Positions 37,375 to 49,170 of a DNA stretch of 64,000 bases are shown piece by piece; within the stretch, counting starts at the first letter, position 1; every line of letters starts with the position of its first letter. The notes beneath the pieces are model-generated. The model ran no database searches. It was not told where the DNA came from and saw only the letters and a list, made by a program, of their open reading frames with translations. Source of the DNA: Malacoraja senta (Eukaryota); the NCBI GenBank assembly GCA_038087875.1, contig JAXLNO010005687.1, positions 62,001 to 126,000 of the forward strand, given 5' to 3'. The translations under genes were made by a program, and so were the position numbers.

Positions 37375-37683
37375 GTTTAGTTTTAGAGATACAGCGCTGA
37401 AATAGTCCCTTCATCCTACTGAGTCCGCGCCGACCAGCGATCCCCATAAACCAGCACCATCCGACACAGGTGAGACAATTTACCATTGTTTTTACCGAAG
37501 GACAATAACTTACAAACCTGTATGTCTTTGGAGTGTGGGAGGAAATCAGAGCTCCCGGAGAAATCCCATGTGATCACGGGGAGAACGTACAAACACCTTA
37601 CTGACAGCACCCGTTGTCAGGATCGAACCCGGGTCTCTGGCGCTGTAAGACAGCAGCTCCACCGCTGCGCCATTGTGCCACCC
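37375..37683 (-). mobile_element. HE1-type V-SINE
   Basis: Reverse-complement head, core and tail as in the other copies. Confidence 0.8.
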
Positions 37684-37744
37684 CTAAATATGTTCACTAT
37701 TCTATTGCAGAATCTCCAATCTCTCCCTCAATGTCAGCAAGGTG

Positions 37745-38350
37745 AATTTGAAGGAGCTAGTTATCGACTGCTGGAAGGAAGATGGTGTACAAGCCATAAG
37801 CTTCTGGGATGCACCGCAACGGCAGAAGCAAATGACCACGGATCGCCCCACGGAACCCAACACGAATCGACCAGGCGGCCGCCGAGAACGAAGATGGACT
37901 CGGCCGGTCGCCTGCAGCCATATGTGGCGGCAGGTTTGGTTCGCCGGTGTGAAGAGCAACCCGGTGGAAGCTGCTGAGCTTGGCCCCGAAACCCGGAGAG
38001 TCGTGGAGGAGGGAGCCGCTGCCGCCGACGGACGCAAGGAATGGGCCGCTAAGAGAGGGGCTGAGGTATTACCTCCAGGAGAGGAGTTGCCTCCCGGGAC
38101 ACAGAGCCAGTTGGGCGAGGAGAGGGACGTCTGTTGGCTGGCCGAGCTGGTCGAGGGTGACGGAGGAGGCCCCCCTGGCAATAGCCTGGGGTTTAACTGA
38201 GCTTACGTGGATCGGGGGCGCTCCAGTAAATCCAACATACGGACCGGACATTGGACTTTTTCTTTTTCTTTTGTAAATACTGCCAAATTACGGCGACGGG
38301 AGCAAGAATGTCACTGTGCAGTGCATAAGTGACAATAAAGAATCATTGAA
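37745..38350 (+). mobile_element. GC-rich non-coding element with a LINE-type TGACAATAAA 3' tail
   Basis: CpG-rich body ending aagtgacaataaagaatcattgaaacattgaa. Boundaries are approximate. Confidence 0.45.
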
Positions 38351-38504
38351 ACATTGAAGTCAGAATCAATACTGTAGAAGTGCGAGTGCTGAAGTGGGAA
38401 TGGTGAAGAACTTCAAATTCCTCGGCATGAACAACCTGTTGCATTTTAGTCACTGGGGCAGTACTTTTAAAAGAATGGACGTTTAACAATCCATCTGCAG
38501 CAAT

Positions 38505-38975
38505 ATAGAAACAGAGAAAGCAGGTGCAGGAGTAGAAAATTATGGCCTTCAAGCCAGCACCGTCATTCAATATGATCATGGCTGAGCATCCAGAATCAAT
38601 ACCCTGTTCCTGCTTTCTCCCCATATCCCTTGATTCTGTAGCCCTAAGATCTAACTCTCTCTTGAAGACATCGAGTGAATTGGCCTCCACTGCCTGCTGT
38701 GGCAGAGAATTCCACAGATTCACAACTATCTGGGTGAAAGCGTTTTTCTTCATCTCATTCCTAAATGGCCTACCCTTTACTCGTAAGCTGTGACTCCTGG
38801 TTCTGGACTCCCCCCAATATCGGGAACATTTTTCCTGCATCTAACTGTCCAATCCCTTAAGAATTTTATATGCGTCTATAAGATCCCATCTCATCCTAAA
38901 TTCCAGTGAATATAAGCCCAGTCAGTCCATTCTTTCATCATATGTTAGTCCCGCCATACCGGGAAAAGAAATATT
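38505..38975 (-). mobile_element. CR1 3' fragment
   Basis: ESRTRSHSLRVKGRPF...VVNLWNSLPQQAVEA and the CR1 tail. Confidence 0.8.
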
Positions 38976-40124
38976 TTACTTTTTTATTGAACAATATCCT
39001 TGATTTTTTTGCTTTAAAAAAAAACATTCTGTTCCAGTCCCACCACAGAGATTTTTTGCTATATAATTCTTTGGCTCCTTTCCGCCTTCAATCAATTGAA
39101 AGCCAGAGTGGTAAAGACACTATTCATAGCATTGAGTATAAGAGTCAGGAAGTCATATGCTGCTTTATGGAACTTCAAAGATAGACACAAAATGCTGGAG
39201 TAACTCAGTGGGACAGGCAGCATCTCTGGATAGAAGGAATGGCTGACATTTCTGGTTGAGTCCCTTCAGGCTGAAGAGGAAAGGGAGACATGGAGATAAG
39301 GAAGTGTAAGGTATGAAAGAATGACATCAAATGAGATGTAGTTCAAGGAAAATGTAGAATAGATCATTATTAGCCAGGAGTAGGTGTGAACGAAGCATAC
39401 ATAGATAATTTTTAATCAGGGGGACAGTCAGACTGGTCGGAGAATAGAACTTCAGATAGGCCACTTTTAGAATATTATCGGCATTTCTGGTTGCCCCAAT
39501 GCAGGATGAATTTGGAAGCATGGAATTTGTGCAGAGGTGGTTTGCCAGAATGATGCACAGATTAGATATTAGCTGGAAGGAGAGGTTGGACAGACTTAGA
39601 TTGTAATCGCTAGAATGCTGGAGGTTGATAAAAGTATATAAAACTATGAGAGGCATAGATGGGATAGAGAGTCAGAATCTTTTCCACAGGGTGTAAATAT
39701 AAAGTAATGGAGAGCATAGTTTTCAGGTGAGTGGGACATGGTGTAAAGGGCCATGTATTAACAGAAGGCTCAATGAGAGATTTCTGCACTGATGTTGAGA
39801 CTGAGCTGCACATTTACACCTAGACACAACTTTAAACTGAGCTCATGTCTCTCCTCCCAGCTGAAAAAAAAGACGCATGGTATTACCTCAAATAAGGGCT
39901 GGGAAATTATTACACATGCATTGTCCAATTTTTATTACTTAAGCAATAACAGTAAAGTGGACTAAAGACAGACACAAAAATGTTAGATAGAGCTCTAGAG
40001 GCTGGTGGAATCAAGGGATACGGGGAGAAGGCAGGCATTGATTGGGGACGATCAGCCATGATCACCATGAATGGCAGTGCTGGCTCGAAGGGCCGAAGGG
40101 CCTCCTCATGCACCTATTTTCTAT

Positions 40125-40320
40125 GCTTATAAAAAGATGGAGTAACTCAGCAGGTCAGGCAGCACTTCTGGGAAAAAGGAAAAGGTGACGATTTGTGTTG
40201 AGACCCTTCCCGAAATGTCACCTATTCCTTTCCCCCAGAAATGCTGCCTGACCCGCTGAGTTACTCCAGCTTTTTGCATCTGCCTACAGTAAAACAAGCA
40301 TCTGCAGTTCCTTCCTACAC
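40125..40320. repeat. Inverted pair of Penelope-derived repeats (palindrome)
   Basis: ggagtaactcagcaggtcaggcagca...tgctgcctgacccgctgagttactcc, centred near 40205. Confidence 0.7.
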
Positions 40321-40486
40321 AGTAAAGTAGACTATCTGGTTTATCTAACACTGCAGTTTGTGGAATTGACTGCATTCTGAATTGTAAAATCATTATACTT
40401 TGAGAAACATCTATTCGGCTGTAAGATGCTATGTGAAATATGATTTTGTAATTGTTGTCCTTAAAACACCAATATAATCCCTACCA

Positions 40487-40590
40487 TAAAACCCAATCCG
40501 TAAACTGTATTCACTGGTAATTAGTGACGAGAACAAGTGGTCTCATTCCCATTGGATCTGGTTATCAGGTTTGTGTATACATGGACCAAT
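40487..40590 (+). promoter_or_regulatory. MHC-type SXY-like promoter module
   Basis: X1-like CTGGTAATTAG (~40514-24), X2 TGACGA (40525-30), Y box in TCCCATTGG (ATTGG 40551-55) and CCAAT (40586-90). They lie 100-200 bp upstream of the leader ATG. The S box (AAACCC, ~40488) is weak. Confidence 0.6.
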
Positions 40591-40693
40591 AATTACCTTC
40601 ACACCAGAGTTCTGTTAAAAACGTACAAGAGATTATGTTACTGTTGCTGCATTTACTCTGCTGGTTAAATAGTGCTGTGGGCGGCTGTTAAAC

Positions 40694-40745
40694 ATGCTTC
40701 TTTTTACCTTACTGAACACTTACGGTGTGGCCACTGTCTCCTCTG
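40694..40745 (+). CDS. MHC class I exon 1 (leader peptide MLLFTLLNTYGVATVSS)
   Basis: ATG at 40694, a hydrophobic 17-mer and the donor G|GTAAGC. Phase 1 joins alpha1 as GAT (Asp). It sits downstream of the SXY-like module. Confidence 0.75.
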
Positions 40746-43700
40746 GTAAGCAATACTGCTTCAACCTGTGAACTTTGAGGAAACAACAAAACTGATTATA
40801 TTTACTGTTGCACAGTGCCTGCGTTTGCCCTGGGTTCATTGTCTTGGATGTATTAATTGAATGATTGAATTGAATGTATTAATAATTTTGGGTAACGGTC
40901 TTTCCTTAGTTGTAAAGGCTCCTGTGGGAAGTTATATATACTATGGTTACCTTGGCAATCCATTGAACAGAAGAACTGAATACATGTAAATAATGAACAT
41001 AGAACATAGTACAATACAGCACAGGAGCAGGTCCTTCAGTCCTTCAGTCTGAAGAAGGGTCTCGACCCAAAACGTCACCCGTTCCTTTTCTCCAGAGATG
41101 CTGCCTGACCCGCTGTTACCTCAGCATTTTGTCTACCTTCGGCCCACAATGTCTGTGCCGAACAAACTAAACTAATCTCCTCTACCTGTATGTGATCTGT
41201 ATCCGGCCATTCCCTGCCTATCTATGTACCTATCTAAAAGCCTCTGAAATGTAACTGTTATATCTGCCACCATCACCACAACCACCACTGGCAGCGCGTT
41301 ACAGATGTCCACCACCCTCCACATAAAACAACTTGCTCCGCTCATCTCCTTTGAACATTGCTTCTCCAACCTTAAAGTGATGTTCTCTGGTCTTCAACAT
41401 TTCCACCCTGGGAAAAAGGTTCTGGCTGTCCACTCTGTCTGTGCCTCTCACCATGTTGTGCACTTTCATCAGGTCTCCCTTCAACCTCCAGTATACAAGA
41501 GAAAACAATCCATGTTTGTCCAATCTGTCCTTGCACTAATGCCTCAGACAGAATTCAGGTGATGTGCACTTTCAATAAAGAAGTGACTTCTGCATTAGTA
41601 GGTGTTCCACCTCTCCAAGATTTCCTCAGCTGGTGTTAGACACCCACATGATGGTAAAATTCAGCCTGCATTAAATGACCAATCAATGTTGTGTTAATGT
41701 TGTTGCCATCTTGTTGTTTGTTGCATGCTTCCTGTCCTGCAGACCCTATCCATTACCCCATCACCACTTCCCCAGAAGACGATAATGAGATTTAAGAAGC
41801 TTGAGGATAGGCACGTGGATATGCAGGGAATTGAGGGATATGAATCATCTACAAGCATGAAGAGTTTAGTTGAACTTGACATCATGATCGGCACAGACAT
41901 TGTGGCCGAACTCCAGCCCATTACACCCTTAATGAACAAAAATCTATCAATCTCAATCTGGAAATTTTCAAGCGGGCAAGATGTTCAACAGATTACAGAA
42001 TCGAGAACCAGAGGACATAGGTTTAAATTGAGGGGGGAAAGATTTAATGGGAATCTGATGAGCAATTTCTTCCCACACAATGGTACCTTTCTAACTATTC
42101 TGACATTCGTCAAGGCTTGGAGATTACAAACCTACTCGTCCTGAAAGTTTCATCCCATTGTTATCAAATGAAAGTAAATATAATGGTGTTAAAGAAGGAA
42201 CTGCAGATGCTGGAAAATCGAAGGTACACAAAAATGCTGGAGAAACTCAGCGGGTGCAGCAGCATCTATGGAGCGAAGGAAATAGGCAACGTTTCGGGCC
42301 GAAACCATATAATGGTGATGGCCATGTTGAAATAATAACATATAAAACAAAAATCCTCGGCTGTGGAGTGTTTTGGGAAGCCACATGGATTTTATCGTTA
42401 CTGTATTCCACTCTTAGCCGTCTTATGTTTCTCCTGGTAACACTGAAACAGACACTTGTAACTCTGCCCTCGGGGCCCCTTCTCACTTCACTTAAACACA
42501 TGAACTTTGACACTGTCTGGTGTGCTGCATGTAATCTTTATCACAGAACAAATACTGCTTATGCATGTGGAAACAAGAAACTGCACATGCTGGTTAATAC
42601 ACATAAAATACTGGAGTAATTCAGCAGGTCAGGCAGTATGTCTGGAGAACATGGTTAGGTGATGTTTCAGTTGACACAAGTGTAGGAAGGAAGTGCAGAT
42701 GTGTAAGAAGGAACTGCAGAAGCTGATTTAAACCGAAGATAGACAATAAAGCTGGAGTAACTCAGCGGCACAGGCAGCATCCCTAGAGAGAAGGTATGGG
42801 TGACGTTTCGGGTCGAGACCCTTCTTCTGACTGCTGATGCAGATGCTGGTTTACACCGAAGATAGATACAAAAGGCTGGAGTAACTCAGCAAGTCAGGCA
42901 GCATCGCTGGAGAAAAGGAATAGGTGGAGTTTCAGGTCAAGACACTGCATCAGACAGAGTCGGGGGTGCATATATTTCATTGTACTTTGTCATATCTCTC
43001 GGTTCTCTGTCCCCTGACTCTCATTCTGAAGAAGGGTCTCGACACGAAACGTCACCTTTTCCTTTTCTCCGGAGATGCTGCCTGACCCACTGAGTTACTC
43101 CAGTATTTTGTGTCGAGTTTCAATTTAGGCCCTGTTTATCTCAGTCTCCACCACCCCCCCCCCCCCCCCCATCTCTATGAGCTGTGTTGCAGCTGCCTAT
43201 GAGGACCTGGACTCAATCCTGATCTCTTACAACCTGGCTTTTTTTTCCCCCTGCAAACGTGTGTTTGCTATGGTTATTCCAGTTTCCCCGCACGTCCCCA
43301 AAATGCCGGGCTGAAAGGTAAATTGGCCAGTGTGAATTGGTCATGCATATGTATTAGAATTGGTGGAGGGGATGAGGGAGGTGTTAATGGGAGATTGGCA
43401 AATATTAAAAGGGTTAGCGTACCACAGGTATAAATAGGTGTTTGATGGTCACCACGAACTTGGTGGGCTAAAGGGCCTTTTATGTGCTGTACCCAGTGGA
43501 CATAAGTTTAAGATGAGGGGGGAATGATTTAATAGGAACCTGAGGCATAGCATTGTTACACAAAGGGTGGTGGGTGTACTGAATGAACTGCCGGAGAAGG
43601 TAGTTCAGGCGCGTACTATCACGACATTTAAGAATCATTTAATCAGGTACATGGATAGGATAGGCTTATAAGGATATGGGCCTCAGTCAGCTGTAGAGCC

Positions 43701-44194
43701 CACATCAATGGATATTTCTCAGGTGGAGATTAACAGATTCTTGATCAGTATGGGTTTCAAGGGTTATGGGGTGCAGGCAGGAGAATGTGGTTGATAGGGA
43801 GAGATAGCTCAGCCATGATTGAATGGCCGATGGGCTGAATGGCCTAATTATTCTCCTAGAACTTATGTACTGATGAAATACAGGCAGTGTAGATGAGGCA
43901 TGTTGGTTGGTGTGGCAAGTTGAGCCATAGGCCCTGATTCCCTGCTGTATGACTCTTTGACTTTACCTCTCTATGATTCTATAAAGTCTCCTTGACATTG
44001 TCCAGTTTCTTAATATAATAAAATATTCTTCAAATTTTGGAATATTGTAACTAGTAGAACCTATCGACATGATAGACAATAATAGATCTTTGAAGATGGG
44101 AAACAATCCAGTAGGATCATTCAATACCTCGACCATAATTGGTGGAGTAGGTATCAGAGCCCATCATGCCAACTCTTGAAGAAGGCTCAGTGGT

Positions 44195-44490
44195 GCAGCG
44201 GTAGACTTACTCGATTACAGCACCACAGACCCAGGTTGGATCCTGATTACGGATGCTGTCTGTACGGAGTTTGTCCATTCTCCCCATTACCGTGTGGGTT
44301 TTTCCCGAGATGTTCGGATTTTTCCCACATTCCAAAGACGTATAGTTTTGTAGGTTAATTGGCTTGGTCTAGAATGTAAATTGTCCCTAGTGTGTGTAGG
44401 ATAGTGTTATTGTGTGGGGGTTGCTGGTCAGTGTGGACTCGCACGAAGGGCCTGTTTCCATGCTATATCTCTAAGCTAAAAACTAAACTA
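44195..44490 (+). mobile_element. HE1-type V-SINE in MHC intron 1
   Basis: Decayed A/B boxes, V core and CTAAA tail. Confidence 0.7.
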
Positions 44491-44682
44491 AAGGCTCCTG
44501 ACCCAAATTGTCACCTGATCATTGATGCTGCCTGCCCCACTGAGTTCATCCAGCACTTGCATCTGCAGGTCCTTGTGACTCCCTTATTCAAAGTTATTGT
44601 ATTGTTATCAGTTTTAGCATTAATAACTTAGTTATTTTCAGTGAATGATACAATCATACTTATTTTTGTTAATGCATTGCAG

Positions 44683-44943
44683 ATTTACACCATCTTGCAT
44701 TTTACTACCTGTTGAACCATGGATTGAATGAGCTGCCTGAGTACAGTATGGTAGCAATGCTGGATGACGTCCAGATAGCATATTTTGACAGCACACTAGA
44801 GCGGGCTGTTCCCAGACAGCGATGGATGGCCCAGTCTTTCCCGCAGGATCACTGGGATTCAATGGCCATCACAGTTGCAGGTTTTCATGGGATTGTCAGA
44901 GGAAATGCTGAGATAGTCTACCAACAGCAACATGGTATCTCGA
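44683..44943 (+). CDS. MHC class I exon 2 (alpha1 domain, 261 nt)
   Basis: Acceptor ttgcag and donor GA|GTAAGT, phase 1-1. Sequence: DLHHLAFYYLLNHGLNELPEYSMVAMLDDVQIAYFDSTLERAVPRQRWMAQSFPQDHWDSMAITVAGFHGIVRGNAEIVYQQQHGIS. It retains H3, PEY, DD.Q, FDS, PR..W and W60. Confidence 0.93.
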
Positions 44944-45084
44944 GTAAGTGTCGTGAGCGGACCTGGGGTAGACACTCAGTGATGACACAGATGGATTTTG
45001 TTTTAGTTTTATTGTTGACACATGATTCTCTGATACACTTTTTTTGCGTTAGTCAATCACATCAAAGAAAACTATTCATAAATA

Positions 45085-45610
45085 CAATCAAACCAAACTC
45101 GTACAATAGGTAGAGCAAAGAGTGCAGAATGTAGTTCTCAGCATTGTAATGTACCAGTGCCAGAGACAAAGTCCAGTGTCTACAATGGGGTTGAGGTGAA
45201 CCCTAGCATAAGGGAGGACTGTTCAGAAACCTGATAACATAGGGGAGGAAACAGTTACTGAGTCTGGTGGTGCACGCTTTAATGCTTACGTACCTTCTGC
45301 AGGAAGAAGGAGTGACCAGAACGGGACAAATCTTTGATTATGTTGTCTGCTTTCCTGAACCAGTTGAAATACAGATGGATTCACTGGTGGGGAATCATGT
45401 TTGTGTGATCGACTGTGCTACATCTCCACCTCTCTGCAATTTCCAGCGGTCTTGGGCAGAACTCTTTCCAAACTAAGTTGTGATGCAACCTGTCAGTATG
45501 CTTTCTATGGCACATTTGTAGAAGTTTGTAAGAGTCATTGGAGATGCCGCATTTCCTTAGTCTCCTGAGGCAGTAGGGGAACCAGAAACTCTCAACCTTT
45601 TTCACTTCAG
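45085..45610 (-). mobile_element. Rex1/Babar-type LINE 3' fragment in MHC intron 2
   Basis: The minus strand shows LRRLRKCG and, after a shift, ESILTGCITTWFG...LQR motifs. Confidence 0.6.
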
Positions 45611-46687
45611 CACCATTGATGCTGTTTCAGACATTTACTCCATAACATTTTGATAGAGACACGGCCCATCGTCTATATTTAATGTGTCCTAACTGCTGAA
45701 CACACAGTCATAACAGTTGGCTGGTGATAGTCTCTTTATGGGTTAAGCATTTGATATTCAACACCAGTAATAAGTGGATGGATTGGATCATCTGTTTTGT
45801 TGGGCTGGAATGAGGGAGAAACCATTAGTTTATTTATAGCCTGATCATCTAGAGATGGGATCTTGATTTAAGCTGGTTGATGGTGACTATGAGGTATTCC
45901 CTCAGTAATAATATTGTGTTAATCCAGCATCCCCTCAATATTGGCAACAATCCTCAGAGGGTGTAGCAATCCCACACAGTGCAACAGCCTTGATGTACTT
46001 CCCATCTGCATTGCCTTAACCTTCAGACTGACCTGTTGGCTCTGTAGCATTGCCCATCTGACAATGCACTTCTTCCTCTGTTCTTTATGTACGACAGTGC
46101 AGAATCTGAGTTCCACCCTTCTGACACAGCAGAACTCCTTTAGTGTTACATCCGCAACAGTAAAGCTCCCCCCCATAACACTTGAGGTTAGTCCATGCCC
46201 TCAGTATATAGACCATGGGTCATTGAGTCACACATCATGGAAACCGGCCCTTCTGCTCACTGAATCCACATTGATCATCCATTGTGCTAAGATGGAGTCA
46301 CAGCAAACTGCAGATGCTGCCAATCTGAATTTAAAACAAACAGGAGGAACTCAACGAGTCAGGCAGCATGCTGTGGAAAAATGGACAGAAAACATATGAG
46401 ACCAGGACCATTTAGAGTGATGGGGTAGAGTGGAGAAAGCTGGAAAAGAAAAGTAGTCTGTGTAGGATAGTGTTAATATGCGGGGACCACTGGTCGGTGC
46501 GGACTCGGTGGGCTGAAGGGCCTGTTTCCGCGCTGTATCTCTGAGCTAAACCTGCTCCTGTGCTGTACAGCTCCATGTTGTGTTCTGTTATGCCTGTTTG
46601 TACCATGCTGAGAACTGATTTGTAAATTGCCTCTCCCTTCCATCCACTCTCCCCAACACAAATCCTCCACCCCTACCTCAGCCCCAG

Positions 46688-46963
46688 CTGTTTGCTTTGT
46701 GCAGGGTTTCTGCGGCTGTGAAGTGGACAGTGACAATTCCACTGATGGGTTTGTCAGACTGGGTTATGATGGGGAGGATGCCTGTGCTTTTGACAAGGAC
46801 AGAATGCGCTGGATTGCACTACGTCCAGATTTCCAGATGCTAGCAGATCGGTGGAACGTCAACACCTTCATGAACAAGTATTTCAAAGATCTCCTGGAGA
46901 AGGACTGTGTGAAATGGCTGCTGATATATCTGGAGTGTGGACAAGAAGCACTACAGAGGAGAG
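46688..46963 (+). CDS. MHC class I exon 3 (alpha2 domain, 276 nt)
   Basis: Acceptor ccccag (an in-frame alternative AG lies 6 nt upstream) and donor AG|GTATAC, phase 1-1. It has the canonical exon length, GCE (C101), GYDGED, W147 and C164-VKW...Y171. Confidence 0.93.
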
Positions 46964-47064
46964 GTATACGACGTAGGCACTCTGACTGATGGGCCAGAGG
47001 ATATCCTCTGGATAGATCAGGTGGGAAATATCATGCACTTCAGGCTGTCACTTGAGTAATTATT

Positions 47065-47353
47065 TAGTTTAGTTTAGAGATACAGCGCGGAAACCCACCG
47101 AGACCGCACCGAGCAGCCATGCCCGCACACTAACACTATCCTACACACACTAGGGACAATTTGCATTTATACCAATCCAATTAACCTACAAATTTGTACG
47201 TCTTTCGAGTGTGAGGGGAAACCGAAGATCTCGGATAAAACCCACGCAGGTCACAGGGAGAACGTACAAACTCTGTAAAGACAAGCACCCGTAGTTAGTA
47301 ACAAACCCAGGTCTCTGGCGCTGTAAGGCAGTAGCTCGACCGCTTCGCCACCC
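47065..47353 (-). mobile_element. HE1-type V-SINE
   Basis: Same family, reverse orientation. Confidence 0.75.
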
Positions 47354-48167
47354 TGTTCTACAACGTGGGTATCAGTAAATTGTCTGGCAACGTGCCTCTT
47401 AGATGGAACCAGTGGGTAGGAAGTGCAAGTGAAAGATAAATACTGTACCAGTGTCCTTTATCCACAGTCATATAGATATTCAGGAAATGGAGGAATATGT
47501 ATCTTGGTCTTATGTTTAGCACCGACCTTGTGGCCTGAAGGGTCTGTTGCTGAACTGATCAGAAACCCAATCAGATTCTCTATTTGCCTCTATTACTCCT
47601 TGGGATGGTGACATTCAATTTCCAACAGTTCTCTATTTGAAGAACTTCTTCCTCCCATTCCCTCTTGGAATATTTAGTGTTATTATTCAGCAGAGATTCA
47701 TGAACAGGTAGAAGCAATCATGTCTACAGTATCAATCCCAATGGTGAGTTATACTCCTCCATTGGGCCTGCATTCCCCTTTCATCTGTGCTGTCAGTTAA
47801 AGTCTGGAGCTAAGATAAGGAGCATGTCAGTGATATTAAAGCTAAATGTTTTGTTGTTTTGCCAGAAATGCAAAATGAAAAGAGAAAAGGCTGTAAACTT
47901 TGTGCAAGATAGAACTGCAGATGATGGTTTACACTGAAGATAGAAGATGTTGGAGTAACTCAGTGGGTCAGATAGCATCTCTGGGCATTCCTTCTCTCCA
48001 GAATGCTGCCTGACCTGCTGAGTTATTCCAGCATTTTGGGTCTAGGCTGAAAACTTAGTTCAGCCAGAGAAAAAACTCTGATTGGGAAAGTGGTGAGTTG
48101 CAGTGATCTTACAATTGAAGGCTTTTGTTCATGTCTTCACTGATTCTGACTCTTCTTACACTTGCAG

Positions 48168-48440
48168 AAACCCCTGAGGTGTTTATTGGGATTAAACGTG
48201 ATGGGTCGCAATCACTGAGACTCTCCTGCCTTGTCACAGGCTTCTAGCCACGGGCCATCGATGTAACGTGGCTGAGAGGTGGTGAGGGGGTCCATGAGTC
48301 TGAATCCAGTGATCTGTTGCCCAATTGGGATGGGACTTACCAGCTGAAGAATACAATTCAACTGAATAGAGAAGATGTGGTAAAATTCTCCTGTTACATC
48401 GAACATGCAACTCTGCTGCAGGGAGTCAATGTTCCACAGG
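48168..48440 (+). CDS. MHC class I exon 4 (alpha3 Ig-C1 domain, 273 nt) with an in-frame TAG
   Basis: Acceptor cttgcag and donor G|GTAAGT, phase 1-1. Sequence: ETPEVF...LSCLVTGF*PRAIDVTW...LLPNWDGTYQ...FSCYIEHATL. Confidence 0.93.
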
Positions 48441-48534
48441 GTAAGTGGCAAGTCAATGAGGCTGATCACTTGAGACCATAAACCTCCTGGACTGCGATAA
48501 CAGTCTCAACTCACACTCTTAACTAAGCTGTGGA

Positions 48535-49170
48535 TTTAGACTTTAGGCTTTAGAGATATGCTGCAGATACAGGCCCCTCAGCTCACTGAGTCCTCGCTGA
48601 ATAGTGATCAACCCATACATTTACACTAACCTACACAGTACGGACAATTTACAATTTTACCTAAGCCAAGTAACCTACAAACCTGTATGTCTTTGTAGTG
48701 TGGGAGGAAACCCACGCAGTCACAGGGAGAACATACAATGTCCTTGCAGACAGCACCTGTAGTCAGGATCAAACCCAGGTCTCTGGTGCAGTAAGGCAGC
48801 AGCTCTACCGCTACGCCACTGTGCCACCCATTATTAATTTGTGGTTATCTAATTGCTCATAATTATTGATTGTCAATGGAATGTGGTTTTAGTTTAAGAG
48901 ATACAGCGCAGAAACCGGCCCTTCAGCCCACCGAGTCTGCGTCAACCAGCGATCCCTGCACACTTACATTATCTTACTTATTAGGGGACAATTTACAATT
49001 ATACCAAGCCAATTAACCTACAAACCTGTATGTCTTTGGACTGAGTGAGGAAACCGGAGATCCAGGCAAAACCCACGCAAGTCCCGGGGAGAAGGTACAA
49101 AACTCTGTACAGACGGGACCCGTAGTCAGAATTGAACCGGGTCTCTGGCGCTGTAAGGCAGCAGTTCCAC
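48535..49170 (-). mobile_element. Two adjacent HE1-type V-SINEs (~48535-48829 and ~48887-49170)
   Basis: Two consecutive reverse-oriented copies with core and tail. Confidence 0.75.

Noticed and set aside
47691-47743. Possible cryptic exon in MHC intron 3 (cag acceptor, ATG|GTGAGT donor)
   Set aside because: 53 nt and phase-incompatible (1 to 0), so it would only be a poison exon. There is no homology support.
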